A DNA stretch of 64,000 nucleotides from Pseudogymnoascus verrucosus (Eukaryota): NCBI GenBank assembly GCA_001662655.1, contig KV460259.1. The stretch is one strand, 5' to 3'. Below, in pieces: positions 1 to 12,784 of the stretch (position 1 is the stretch's first letter; the number at the start of each line of letters is the position of its first letter). The position numbers were made by a program, and so were the translations under genes. The notes beneath the pieces are model-generated. The model was not told the origin of the DNA. It did not search any database and was given only the letters and a program-made list of their open reading frames with translations.

Positions 1-115
1 ATGGAAATGGAGTAATTGAAGTAATAGTAGCCATAATTACTATACTATACTATAGTTGTAGGAGGTAGGAGGTAGGATTTCAATTTCTACGATACAATTC
101 TACACCGCCACTTCG

Positions 116-164
116 CGGTTGGGCCGGCCAGCTCGCGAGCTGGCCGATCTGACGGTTGGGCCGG
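116..164. repeat. 22-bp perfect palindrome with 12-bp direct repeats
   Basis: CGGCCAGCTCGCGAGCTGGCCG at 125-146; CGGTTGGGCCGG at 116-127 and 153-164. Confidence 0.85.
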
Positions 165-831
165 AACATATATAATGTGCTTCCCTGTCGTGTATAAGGC
201 GACAAGGGTCGGGTCAGGAAAAGTGGGGCGCTAGGATGATCCACAGGGTCTGTGGTGGATCACCGATTTGATGACAACAGCTCTGATACTAAGAATCGTC
301 TTTGATATAGCAAGGGAGTATGCACTGTCATACATAGCTACGTATATTAAAGTATTGGTATGGTTTTACATTATTGAAAGGTGCAAGATGATGTGGAAGA
401 ATCCCGAACCTCTGTATCGCAGAAATGCCCTGACAGTCACTGTGACAAGGGCACAAGACAACAGATACCGAATCAAAGTCTGCGTTCTATTGGTAACTAA
501 AAGATTCCATAATCATGCAAGTTACTGTGGCATTACTTCACGATGGGAGTAACCGTATTTAGAAAATGTGCATCTTGAATGCCCATGGATCCAACTCGGT
601 ACCATGTGCTCTCACCACCTCAGGTTTTAAAATGACGGCGTCATCAATTATCATTTGTAAGCCCCATGGAAGTAACATTCAATCACAGTCACCCACATAA
701 ACATCACCTCGTCTACAAAAATGTAAACAGATATCGCATTTACAGTTACCATCAATTCAGCGTTGCTTATCACCAACTTATTTTTAGCGCTACCTACCCA
801 AACCACGCAGACCCTGGGCACCTCTCTCACA

Positions 832-1812
832 ATGAAGTCGATTACCCTATCCGACCCAGGAAAGCCTTCCACATACATCTTCAAAGAATTCCCCATTCCC
901 GAACCGCTACCAGGCCATGTCGTTATCGAAATCCGAGCATTCGGTTTGAATCATGCCGAGGTGTTCATGCGAAAGGGGGAATGGAACGAAACAGCAGAAG
1001 TAAGCGGTATCGAATGCGTCGGAGTTGTCCATTCATGCCCAGGTGGAGAATTCGCCATTGGTACGAAAGTAGCTGCGATAATGGGAGGAATGGGCCGGAC
1101 TATCCCAGGAAGCTACGCCGAGTACACCCGTGTGCGGGTTGGGAACGTTGCGTCTATCGACAGTTCGTTGAGCTGGGAAGACCTTGCAGCAATTCCTGAA
1201 ACATACGCAACTGCCTGGACATGTATATTTCGAAATCTGGAGCTCTCGCGTGGCCAGACCCTACTTGTGCGTGGTGGAACATCCTCCTTCGGCCAGGCTG
1301 CAATCAATCTGGCCGTGAATGCTGGAGCGAAAGTCATCGCCACAACTAGAAACCTAGATCGAGCCCCAATGCTACTAGGACTAGGCGTGAAGCGTGTCGA
1401 ACTGGAAGGCCCCGAACTGTCGAAGAGATTGCCCGAGACGAAGAGCATCGATGCTGTGTTGGAGCTCGTGGGAAATAGCGTGCTGCTCGACTCTTTGGCG
1501 ACTTTAAAACGAGGTGGCCATCTCTGCTTAGCTGGCTTTCTAGGGGGTCTGGCTCCAATACCAGACTTTAATCCCCTGCTCCAGATGCCGAGCGGTGTGC
1601 ATTTCAGCTTCTTTGGAAGCTTCGTCTTTGGAGAACCTGGGTTCCCGCTTTCAGATGTGCCATTGCAGAAAATTGCAAATGAGGTGGCGGAAGGACGATA
1701 CAAAGCAAGGCCAGTGAGGGTGTTTCGGTTTGAGGAGATTGCAGAGGCCCATAAAGTGATGGATGAAAACCATGCCGGGGGAAAGATGGTCGTAGTGGTT
1801 GGGAAAGCCTGA
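832..1812 (+). CDS. Medium-chain dehydrogenase/reductase, quinone-oxidoreductase-like (zeta-crystallin/ADH_N + Rossmann)
   Basis: Single-exon ORF; ATG in good context at 832 (MKSITL). Motifs AFGLNHAE, GIECVG, GSYAEY, GGTSSFG (NADPH binding) and C-terminal GKMVV. Confidence 0.9.
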   Translation: MKSITLSDPGKPSTYIFKEFPIPEPLPGHVVIEIRAFGLNHAEVFMRKGEWNETAEVSGIECVGVVHSCPGGEFAIGTKVAAIMGGMGRTIPGSYAEYTRVRVGNVASIDSSLSWEDLAAIPETYATAWTCIFRNLELSRGQTLLVRGGTSSFGQAAINLAVNAGAKVIATTRNLDRAPMLLGLGVKRVELEGPELSKRLPETKSIDAVLELVGNSVLLDSLATLKRGGHLCLAGFLGGLAPIPDFNPLLQMPSGVHFSFFGSFVFGEPGFPLSDVPLQKIANEVAEGRYKARPVRVFRFEEIAEAHKVMDENHAGGKMVVVVGKA

Positions 1813-1835
1813 ATATGGAAATAAGTTGCTAGTGT

Positions 1836-3410
1836 TTATGAAAATAGGAATCCATATTTGTTCCACACCTCACTAGTGACGTCCGCGTGGAACTGGTCGC
1901 ACTCAGTCTCGAGAATTCCTTCTACCCATAGCACACCTCGCACAGCCGCCATTAACTCATCCCAAGTATTGTATTGGAGACGCAAAAGTAGATTTGCCGT
2001 TTCAGAGACAAACCATTCTCGATCTTCTAGTTGGACAGATTGGGCTCCGCCGATTATGAGAAGCCATGGGCGAATCGGATCTGGGTTACTTGATTTGTCT
2101 TCCGATATCGCGTGTTTGAGATTTTGGACATGTATGTCAGATGTAAGCGTTATACCAAACCTACGCCGAATGCCAGAGAGGTATAAGAGGGCGCCGATCC
2201 TGCAGGCTTCTTCGGTGGCAAGAGCAGCGTCAAAGGCATTGTGTCGAATCGTCAGCAGTTTACTTAGAAGTGGAACTATGTATAGTCCTGCAAAGACAGC
2301 ATTGTCCCATAGATCGTTTTCCTCTGCCTTGTTCACCATATATTGATTTAGGACAAGGAGGTCGTGGATGGCAGATATCATTCCATTCGTGGCACAAGCT
2401 TGTAGCAGTCTGGATCCAGAAAGGGAAGTAACCTCGCCAGCGTATGCTTGGGGTAGTATATCGTATGGAATAGGAAATCGTGGGACTTGATCCTGCAAGA
2501 ATGCGGCATTAACATCGACCCTATATTGTTAGTAACGAACGAGAATTTAGGAAGAGGGCATACCAGAATATTACTGTACATAGCACCGGATTGGACTTTA
2601 TAAATTGCAAGCCTCCTCTTTGCTGTATTATTGCCTCCATGCCCTTAAAGTGCGTTGATATGCCTTTGATATCATTAAACATTACCTAAGTATAGTTAGC
2701 CTACTATAGAGTCCATGATGTCGGTCACCTACAGCATGGCATGCAAATGCAAGAATTGTAACTAGAACTCCATCGCTTATGGCCAACATCGGATCGGTGA
2801 TTCTACTATTGACTGATTGGATAGCTTGGGTAGATAGGACAATAGCTTCTGGATTTTCAGTCTCATCTCGTAATCTCGTCATATGCGCTGATGATGTGCA
2901 AAGAAGCTGACGAAATGCAGCTTCATCAAGGACCGTCTTGAAAAATCCAATGTTGTTCAATGTTTTAAACATGGGACACGTGTCGCCGTGCACTATTGCC
3001 GGTCAGCGTAGTTCTAATTAGGTCCTATAGGATTATTACATACAGTGATCAAATAACTCATGGGCTCGTAAGTTCATCTCGATAGGATACAATGTGAATG
3101 GATCTGAACGACCAGAGCCTAAGCGGCATAGGCCTACGTTGAGGCTTCCCAGTGTATCTGCGTTTGAAAGCGACGAGATATCTTTAGCAATCCCATTCTT
3201 CTTCTCCTGCCGCCTCCTGTCCTGAACTCGGCGCTGGGCATGGCTACGAACTCTCCTTTTTGTTTCCGCGGTTGTAGTCTGGTCAAAACTCGTGAATGTG
3301 ACGAATTGCAAGCTTGTCGGTTCTGTGGGATGTATGCTGCTACCAATGGATGACGACGTCGAGGCCATATCATTGGCTACAGTGTCTACTTCTCTATTCC
3401 TAGGTTCCAT
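1836..3410 (-). CDS. Fungal-specific transcription-factor-like protein lacking a Zn2Cys6 cluster (about 4 exons)
   Basis: N-terminal FVTF...KRRVRSHAQRR and LGSGRSDPF motifs typical of this fungal family. ORF pieces 3036-3410, 2682-2993 and 1836-2498 are joined by canonical introns (first about 2993-3043). Confidence 0.7.
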
Positions 3411-3825
3411 ACGACAGAAATATGAACAACTTGCATATGATAGATTGGACTTGAAAGATGTTTACATTGTCCGGAGCCGAGCAGCGAAGTTGTGCTGTCT
3501 ATTTTTGTGGGGTAATTTTAGGTATGACATGGGTTATTCGTGTGACATGCGGAAAGTACTCATGCGCATAAGAGTCCGATGAGAGACTGTGGATATCTCC
3601 CAAGATTTATTCTAGCAATTCGAAGTCATAGGATTTATCTCATCGGTTTGATTTCTAGGTTACTAACTCATTTACTGTTGTCTCGAGTGATTAAGCGCTC
3701 CTACATCAACTGTAGTTGCTGTGAATTGTGATTGTGACATCGAGTGATTAGGCACACTTACTTGAACCGCAGTTGCTGTAAATGGTGCTGCTATCCACAG
3801 GATCTCAAATATCTACGTGTTTTTC

Positions 3826-5329
3826 CTACTTAGTATCTCCTTCATAACAGAAACCCGCGTCTTCCAAGGTTTTAATCTTATCTCTGGCTTCAGGATCTAA
3901 CCCTCTAACAGCCGCCACTATCTTTCCGGAGCTTTCTCGAATCCAAAGAGACTTCCTGTCCCATCTCTGCGCCTTCTTCCCCAATCCCTCGTCTTCTCCA
4001 TCCGCCTTTTCTATCATGCTAACCAACTCATCGATGTAATGAGCATCCTCTGGAAATCCCATGAAGTGAAATGCCTTCCCTGAACCCTTCTCCTGAATGA
4101 GTCGGTCCTCCCAATCTGCCCGCCCAGATAAAGAAGGAAGCGCAAACCGTCCAGCCAAAAAGCGTGCCACAAGGGCACTTTGCACCTCCGCTATAATGAA
4201 TGGAACGATGCGTATAGGTAGGCATAGGAATGACAGCGTGGGTTCTGGGTGGTAAAATATGTGCAAATATAGGTTCTCCGTCCGATAGCCGGTTGTAACA
4301 ACCGCCGGCTCCAGGTTTTGAAGAAACGGGTATGAGTACAGATACCCAGTGCAAAATATCACATCGTCCACGCCAGTCTCTATTCTTCCGTCAACGAAGC
4401 GAATAGAGCGATTATCGGCAATGAATTCTTCGATCTCTGATACATCTTCGATGGACGTCTTCTCGGGTGGTAGAGGAGAGGAAGATCCTTTCGCCGCGCG
4501 CCTAGAGAGCAATAGGGGGCATTGTGCATGCGGTGCTATTTGGTTTGCGATATCGATGCCTGAGACTCCCGCGCCAACGACGACGACTTTCCTTCCCTCA
4601 TAGTTCTCGGGCCGCTTATAGTTTTTCGAGTGGATAACCGAACTAGGGTAAGAGCGATGCCAATCTTCGACGCCCTTAATATTGGGAATGAAGGCACAAT
4701 CGTAATGTCCGTTTGCCACCACAACCGAGTCATAGATAGCGGTCTCTTCGTTGTCTGTGTCGATAATTTTGCTCTTTACGTGCCACGTAGTCACTTCTTC
4801 GCCTGCTTTTTCCTTATGGCGATGGCGTTGGATGTCAAGGACCTGAGTCCCAAATCGAATCTGGCCCCGTATGTCATCCGCATACGCGTCTAAGTACCTA
4901 TTCACGGTCCCATGTGCAGGAAAGAGTGGCGACTCATCCTGAAATTTGAGATCCGTATAATTCATAAGCGGCTTTGGGATATTAGCTTCGAGGTAATCGT
5001 ATACAGCGCTTTGGAAATCCCAGGATCCTTCCTGGCCGTCCTTTGCGTCTCCCTTCAGCGGCACCGCCGGAGTGGTGTCGGGAGTAGTCTGCGGTATGGA
5101 ATAGGACGGCGAGGTGAGGGATGGGGTAGCATTCCAAACACCGCCAGGGGTTGCCCGTTGCTCGTAAATGGTAACTTGGGAGATAGATTTCTCAGCAGTG
5201 AGATATCTATGCCAAGTTAGTAGGGCAACATTTGAGGGGACGAGAGATTAACTTGGCAGCAGCGAGACCAGAAGGGCCGGCCCCGATAATAGCCACCCTT
5301 TTAACCTGGCCTGGCAATAATTTGGTCAT
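3826..5329 (-). CDS. Flavin-containing monooxygenase (thiol-specific FMO1-like), 2 exons
   Basis: Exon 1 MTKLLPGQVKRVAIIGAGPSGLAAAK carries the FAD GxGxxG. Intron about 5207-5252. Then GGVWN, VANGHY, an HSKNYK FMO-type motif, GAGVSG (NADPH) and FCTGY. Confidence 0.92.
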
Positions 5330-5653
5330 CGTGGCATCGGTGGTAATCTATATGTTTTGTGTATAATATGTGTATGATAGAAGTTTCAAAAATGGAGTCG
5401 TGAAGTTTACCCAGCGATTCACGTATGAGTCACGTGTTATGGGGTGCTCAGAACCTCAAGCACGCCAAGGGAATTGGAATAGAATTAATAGAATCAAGAT
5501 TGTTGAAAGGTTGGTATAGCGTCTTATTTATCGTACGAAATTTCGTTTTTATTGAGCATAGATCGTTGGGTATGATATATTTAGTTCCACAAAGTTATAT
5601 TACTACCTCTCAGATTCTACTTCAAATACCTGCCCCTGAAGACTACCTGGAGC

Positions 5654-6543
5654 TCACTCGTCGTGATTAGTTTTAGCTTTTACTGGGAGAGGCCTTTTCC
5701 CAGCTGCTGTGGCATACGCCAAACCCTCCTCATTAGATTCCTTCAGGAACTCCTCTATATACTCGGGAACTTTCTCAACTTTATTGAGCGGACTGGGGAT
5801 CGGCTCTCCATAGGTTTCATACACTGGAACAACACCGACCCAGACTTTATCCACGACCTCCTTGTTGGCCATATCCTCTGCAGAGTCAGATGGAATCCAG
5901 TCCCTGACCTTGCTGCTAGCCGAATCAATCGTCACACGTAGAATCTGTGTGCTTTGCATCTCAGCCGGAATTGGTGGGATGCGTGTATTATCATAACGTT
6001 GTGGAACAACGCTGTTTGTAATCATCTCCATGGCCCATTCCTTTTCTTCGGTATCAGTGACCGGCGTCGCGTACCCAAAGAGCACAGCTGAGCGATAGTT
6101 ATATGAGTGGCTGTTGGGTGTGAGGGAGAGGACGAGCCCGTCGACCTTTGAAGCAGCGATGCAGACGGGGAGACCGGGCTTGCCAGAGGCGATGGCAGCG
6201 CGAGAGACGTTCATGACGCGCGAGGAGATATAGCCGTGAAGATAGCAATCGAGGGGGTCGGAGATCGAAGAGGATGGGCGCTCAAACGACCCCATCTGGC
6301 CTATCATAGGGAGGATAGCCGGAAATGGGTCGGAGGGATCAGGCTGGAAGGAAACATGGAGAACAGGAGTGCTGTTGACGATTTTGTGGACCTTTTCGAG
6401 GTCGTAGCTTCCTATTCTCGTTCAGAATGGTATTCAGGGACAGGGAGATGGGCTGAGGATGTAAATGGCTGACCTCGATCACTGTACCTGTTCAAGGTGT
6501 TTTGAGCCCCCTTGGGGTATTGAAGGTCGTGCTTCGGCGCCAT
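5654..6543 (-). CDS. Pyridoxamine 5'-phosphate oxidase-like flavin-nucleotide-binding protein (NimA-like), 2 exons
   Basis: Exon 1 MAPKHDLQYPKGAQNTLNRYSDR, then an intron about 6413-6473. Motifs YLHGY, DGLVLSLTPNSHSYNYRSAVLFG and VWVGVVP. Confidence 0.85.
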
Positions 6544-7219
6544 TTGAGTGAGGGATGGCGAATGGAGTATGTAGGTTAGGGGCAGTGACTATTGCTTTGG
6601 TTGGACAGTTAAGATACAGAGACGAATCAGTTGAGATTTGGGGACGAGGAGTATATAAGGTAAATTATCACACAATAATCCTGCAGGCGAAACTTCGACT
6701 CATCTGCGTGATTGATCATTCATGATCCTTTGTGACTCTTCATTCCCTACGCTTTCCCCTCTTGACCCCCACTAACGGTTGCTTCCTTATCGAAGCCAAA
6801 TCTTTATCAGGAGGTCGGAGACTTGCGGGGTAGGTTGCCCACAGACGCTATACTAAATGTAGAATGTCCAGCCGAAGTGGTTTGTTTTCATGTTAGTGAT
6901 GGAGAGCGGCGCTGTCCACAAATACTCGCGACAAATCACCAACAAGCAATAACTCCGCAGGCATATTAATCTCAGTGATTAGATCATCATGAGTCAACTT
7001 GTAACTCCTCACTGCTCATTAATGGCCCTTCATTTCTTGATAATGGAGACTTATTCTATGGGTTTGGTTTGGTAGAAATGTTGTGACTCGTAACTGTCAA
7101 TAAACCTACTGTGGCCAGTTTCTGGAAACTTTCCGTGTCTGCTTGGACCCTGAGTTCGCGACTATATGGAAATATATTTCTTATAAAGTGTTTAGTCGGG
7201 ACGGGCCCCTGCAGCCGAT

Positions 7220-8388
7220 CTAAGCCGACCCCTCCCCGACTTCAAGCCCAAGCTCCGCTCTATTCGTAATCCTCTTCTTATATTTCTCCTCTTCCATCGC
7301 GACTCCAACTCTCCCCGCCATCGCTTTATCACTAATCCACTCCTTACTAGTAACATCTTCGTCTATCTCTCCCTCGGCCAGCGGCGGCACTACGCCTCCT
7401 TCCAATCTCTTCATCGGCACGTCATCTCCGGGCCTCATAAAATAAACAAGGCTGTATCTTGTGCTCGTAGACTGCTCCCCTGGAGGCGCTACGACACGAT
7501 GAATATTGCTCCGTAACAAGCCGCCTGACAACTTAACTAGCGCATCGCCGAGATTCACAATAGCGTGACCAGGGAGCGGACGCACGTAGGCCCATGTGTT
7601 GGTGGTGGGAAGGAGAACTTGCAGCCCCCCGACGCGGTTAAAGAGGAGAGTCAGCGACCCGAAGTCTGTGTGTGCGCCAAGGGCGGTTGCGAGGTCTGAG
7701 GGTGGCTGAGGAGGGGCACGGATAAATCGGATGTGGTCGCCAGAGGTTAGGGAGGAGTCATGGAGACGTGGGAGCGTGGAGGCGGGGACGGCGAGGTGAG
7801 TATTTAAGTGGCCGAGGATTCTGGTGAGGAGCTCATGCGCGTGAGCCGTATATGAGGTGAGTAGGGGCTTGTTTTTCATAAGCGTTGCTGGGTGCGCGAA
7901 AGGCGCGGGGGACTGATCTAAGAAGTCGTCTTTTCCTGCCTGTATTGCTTGTTAGCGGCTATATAGTCCACCTTCATCGTCATCACAGTCAAGGCCTCTG
8001 GGCAAGCAGAACTAACATTATAGAACTCATTTCTATCCTTTGTACCCTTCGCATCCACCACCTTCTTCCCCAACCCTTTATATCCGTAATAGCTCCCCTG
8101 TTCGCTATAGTCGAACCTCTCTAGCTCCTCAGGCCCTTCATCGAACAGTGATTTAGAGACTTCAAAGAGGCGACCTGATTCCTCGAGGAGAGTATCGCCA
8201 AGCTGGTCGCCTCTTAGATCCAAATAGAAGAATCCAAGGTCTTTAGAGGCTGTGAAGAGAGAAGCCGACTGAGCTTCCGACTTCCCTAATTCGGAAAGAG
8301 AGAGTCGGAGGAGTGGTGCTGTGGGGATGTCCGTGGGAAAAGGCGGCAGGGTTGGAAATGTCTCCAAAGACTCGTTTGCGGACGACAT
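7220..8388 (-). CDS. 2-oxoglutarate/Fe(II)-dependent dioxygenase (DIOX_N + 2OG-FeII_Oxy), 2 exons
   Basis: GFFYL in the N-domain; HTD...H iron triad (AHTDFG, NIHRV) and RYS 2OG-binding motif. An intron of about 7940-8017 joins the two ORFs. Confidence 0.92.
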
Positions 8389-9322
8389 AGCCAATCGTTT
8401 GAATTTGAGCAGCGAATAATAATATATTGCAAGGTTAGAACTAAGAATAGTAAATGTGCCACCTTAGAATATCAAAATGAAAGGGGGGTTCATTATATAA
8501 TGTAGACATGTGACATGGGGCCGCGGCATCAAAACGCGGGGTGCATGTTGGGGTAGTGGGGAGGGGAGCGGGGTGGCGGGCCTCGGTGACAAGGGGCTTC
8601 TCATCAAGAAATAGATAGCCAAGTACTCATGCCTCCCAAAAGTTTGCACGGGGAACTGTCTATAGTTGAGGATCAATACTAGTAATTCAAGTTAATAGTA
8701 TTTCTCTCCCCATCGATGTTCTTAAGTAACTAATGTGACAACAATAGCTTTTAGTAACTGAAAGTCTTTGTTTTAACTACAGTCACCGTAACAACTGTTG
8801 CCATCAGCAGCCCCTCTTCGGGCTTTAGGCAGCACAAGTATACTTATAGACATTGCAAAGAACCTAGTACGTTTATCTCGAATAAAGTGATAATCTAGAT
8901 TAAATAGGGAGGCTCTCATGAACATTAGGCAATATAAGAACGTACTATGGCGTTCTGGGTATCCTACTTATACGCCACTGACTAATTACTCTCCTCCCAA
9001 TTGTGCTTCTATTTCAGATATCTTTAACCTATCCAGTAGCACGAACATGACTGGGGCCAAGGCTAAAAATAAGGAGCAATCCAGATCCTCAGACGTTCCT
9101 AGGGACAACTGGAGCACTCTAAATACCATCAGCAGCCTCCTAGAATGGCCATTTGGCTATTAGACCGTACGATGGCCGCTTAAAATGCCGCAAATGCATA
9201 CCCCTACTCCATCATGCCCACTTTTTCGAATAACTCCTGCGCGGTAATGCCCCAAATGTCTACGATCTCTCTCAGAAGAGTTTAGGGCCTGTTGACAACC
9301 AAACAGTACCGCCGTCAGAAGA

Positions 9323-11508
9323 TCAAGGGACAACGCCGATTTCGTAGCCTATTAATACCTCCGTAGAACTCCCTTCCCACCCTCTGTTTCCAGCAGTAGA
9401 CAGCATATACCTACATGTAGGGTCTATGTGCAGCGCACTAATAACACCTGCCCTTGGGGGCCCAGGAACAATTAGGAACGGAACTGTAGAATGCTTGACC
9501 GCTTCTGTTTGCTTTAAGTCGTACAATCTCAAAATATCATGAGACGCGCTACAATCAATTAGCAACAAAGACCAATCTGATTTGGACAGTGGAGGAGACA
9601 AACCATATCAGATGCCTTCCGTTAGGCATCGCTCTAACAGCGCTAACAGCTCCACTACCAGCGGGAAACTTAAATGTCCTTTCCGGGCCTTTCAGGCCCT
9701 TGTGTAAGCTAAACTCTTCCACTGTCCCGTTTCTCCTTCCTGCATATATATAATTCCCATCTGGACTCCAGCATGCAGCCATGCACCATGGTGGCACACC
9801 TTGTCTGTTCGGGATCTTCGCAACTGGGTTTGGCATTCGTCGGTCCCAAACCCGTAAAGTACCGTCGATGGCAGCAGCCAGGAACGTTGAGTCCGATGTG
9901 GCAACAGCGTCCTGGGTCGATGGCACGGCTTCAGAGTTGCCCGCAGCTTCGACTAGTTCTTCCGCATGTGGCAAACCGTTTGTAAGTTGGCGAGGGCTGG
10001 CAGGTTGCTCTTCTTTTAGCGGTTCTATAGCAAATGACTCCGATTCGACCTCAGCTGGGGGTGGTGGCACTGAGCTTTGGTCTCCAGCTCCCGGTATTGT
10101 CGCGTCTTCCATCGCCGTATCAGCTTGACTGTCAAGCTGATCATGTTGATCCTGCTGGTCAATACCCCCAATGGCCTTGCTAAACTCATCATCGTCGTCT
10201 GCTGCGAAGTTTCCCCCCGACGGCGCACCACCTCCGTCACCATCACCAAATAATGAATCCGTATCGCCAAAGAGTGAGTTCGTCTCAACCGGCGAACCAG
10301 CCGCGTCCCCTTGGCCATCAATGGCAGTGGTAGCTCCATTTGTAACCACGCCATTTGGTATGAAACCGTTTGTAGTGGGCTTATCAGCATTATTGCTAGA
10401 GAATGTTGAACTGAATGCAACAGGCTCGCCAGATTCTTCGGGAACTGGCAGACTGGATGCAGGGCGGATTTCGATTGCTGAAATTTGACCGCCGCTCCCG
10501 GTAAAAGCTCGCCTGGCTTGACCTGTATTCAGGTCCCAGTCCAAGATATTCTTATCCCAACTTCCCGATAGAACAGATTTCTCGTCCGACGAAAGACTTA
10601 GCACCGATACCGCAGACGTGTGCTTCTGGAGGAATGCTATTCTCTTTCCCTCGTCATGCCGTACAGACTGTAGATTAATACACCCCGATTCGAGGCCTGA
10701 TAGTAGCCAGAGAGCTTCTGATTGCACGGCCAGCGAGTATACCGGTGACAATGCTGGTTCGTCGCCTGGTTTCGAGATAGGCTCTTCGTTCTCCCAATAA
10801 CTCATGAGTACGCCGGCCTTTGTCACTGTGTCGACAAACGGGTGGCGCTGTGCGACTGTCAAAAGCGTCTTCCCATTGACAGTGGCAGCCCCATCATATT
10901 TCCGAACGTAGCAGTCAGACCCTCCACTAAACCAATACCGCATATCTGGAGTGGCTGTAATCGCGTTTATCGAGGTGGCTTGTGGGGCTGCCATTGTTGG
11001 GACAATGTCATAGAGAGATGCTGTGAGCGCTTCGGGGCGGATAGACGGGCGTAGTGTTGGTAACGGCGGTATCGATGTCTGCGTCGGAGAACCAGTGGCC
11101 GGGATTTCATTTGACTGCACATGTGAAGTTGGGTCTGTTGCCCCGTTTGTATATAATTGTCCATTGGGTAGGTCGTCTGAGCTCTCGTCTGTATTGGGAA
11201 GGCTGGCTTGTTCCGGCTGAGATTGCAGTAACTTTGGTGATTCTGGGCGTTGGTCTTGCGTCTCTTCTTGATCATCATCATCATTATCGTCGTCATCGTC
11301 CTCGTCTTCCTGATCGCCTAGCGCATCTCCGTCGCCATCTACATCTCCCTCCATGTCGTCAATCGGAGGCGACCCAATATCCTCCATCAATTCATCTTGG
11401 TCGTTATCCGAGCTGGCTCCGGACGCTACAAGAGGTCAGTGTTAAAGCTCTCTGGGGCGCGACCAGGCGCGGTATACCTCTATCATCATCATCCATCGCA
11501 AAGGCCAT
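9323..11508 (-). CDS. SPT8: SAGA complex WD40 subunit Spt8, 3 exons
   Basis: Acidic N-terminus. Motifs LTVAQRHPFVD..KAGVLMSYWEN, SPVYSLAVQSEALWLLSGL, VLSGSWDK, PPWCMAACWS and STAGNRGW match Spt8. Introns near 11428-11476 and 9550-9603. Confidence 0.9.
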
Positions 11509-12784
11509 TCTTCCCCTGTAATTCTCACCCACTCATCCAAGTAAAAATATGACACGTCTCATTCAATAATATAAATTAAAGGCCGCAATGGGAATGTAGA
11601 ACAATAGTCTTGTTCGGCCGCTTGTGAAAGGCTGGTGTCCAAGAGGAGAAGTCGTGGAATCGGAGGTTGACGTTAAAAGTCTAGTCGAAATCGCAAGCAT
11701 TTAGTTGCTCCAAGCCATAGTTTCTCTAGAAGCTGGGTCAAGGTATTGTAAGTTGCGACTAAGGAGTGTGCGGCATAAGTGGCCGTTCATGAAGCTGTAT
11801 GCCCCAAAGGTTGCATATCGATCAAGTCTTGGCGTAGTCTGCCAGCTGACACCGCCTTTTTGTGGCTAGACTATAAAGTGTGAGATTAGGTAAGCGTCGG
11901 TGACAACATCTAGTAAGTTGGCACTGGACCAAGAATGCTTCTTTTTATTGATCACCTGCAAATCTCATTTTCTACAATATCCATGGATTTATGCAGTACC
12001 AATTGCTGGCTTGTGTGTCAACTCTGTGGTATTTAGTACAGTTCGAATCTACTCTTAATATAGCAATACTTTGTTCTAATTAAACTTATTTACAATGTTC
12101 AACTGCGTCTATATTTTCTGCACTTTATAACAAGATATGTTATGTCTCATTATTCAGAAATTTGTCACGATTTATTCAGACTAATTTAGACAACCCAGCT
12201 GGAGATTATAATGTTAAGTAAATGTTTTATTGTCTGGATTATATTAATCAATTCTTGGGTCTCAAACAACCCTTCTAGTGGAGGCAATAAAGCACCTTGA
12301 AACAAGGATAACATTATTATTTTATTTATACCAGTTTCCAGTTATTAATTAAGCAAACCCTCTGCTTACATTTATTGTGGGTGCTACGGAGCATGCACGT
12401 TTTCACCACTGCAGTCTCCACTGTCCAAGGTGTCTCTCGGCGTGACTTTCTTATAACCACCACTCAATGGTACTTTGTCCAAACATCAAGGCAATATGCA
12501 CAGTTTGTGTGTTTGCTCTATTGCTTGCGTTTGCCATGTCTCGGCAGAAGCACTTCCCCGTTTTAATTTGTCGGGTTGGGCAAACCTGCTTCACAACGCG
12601 CTTCGCTTCGCCTTCTTTGAACAACCATTTGAGGACAATATACTCCAAAAACGTTGTTCAATCCTACAAATAATCAAATTCATTTTGGTGCGATGAAAGG
12701 TCATTAAAATTGAAGCATCGGGCTCTTTCGGAGAACAGACCTTTTGATCTTGGTGGTATCTCTTTATATGCCGTTCGCAACGCA

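Noticed and set aside
11940..12375. AT-rich stretch between SPT8 and the helicase as a transposon relic
   Set aside because: No terminal repeats or coding remnants seen; compatible with an ordinary divergent promoter.
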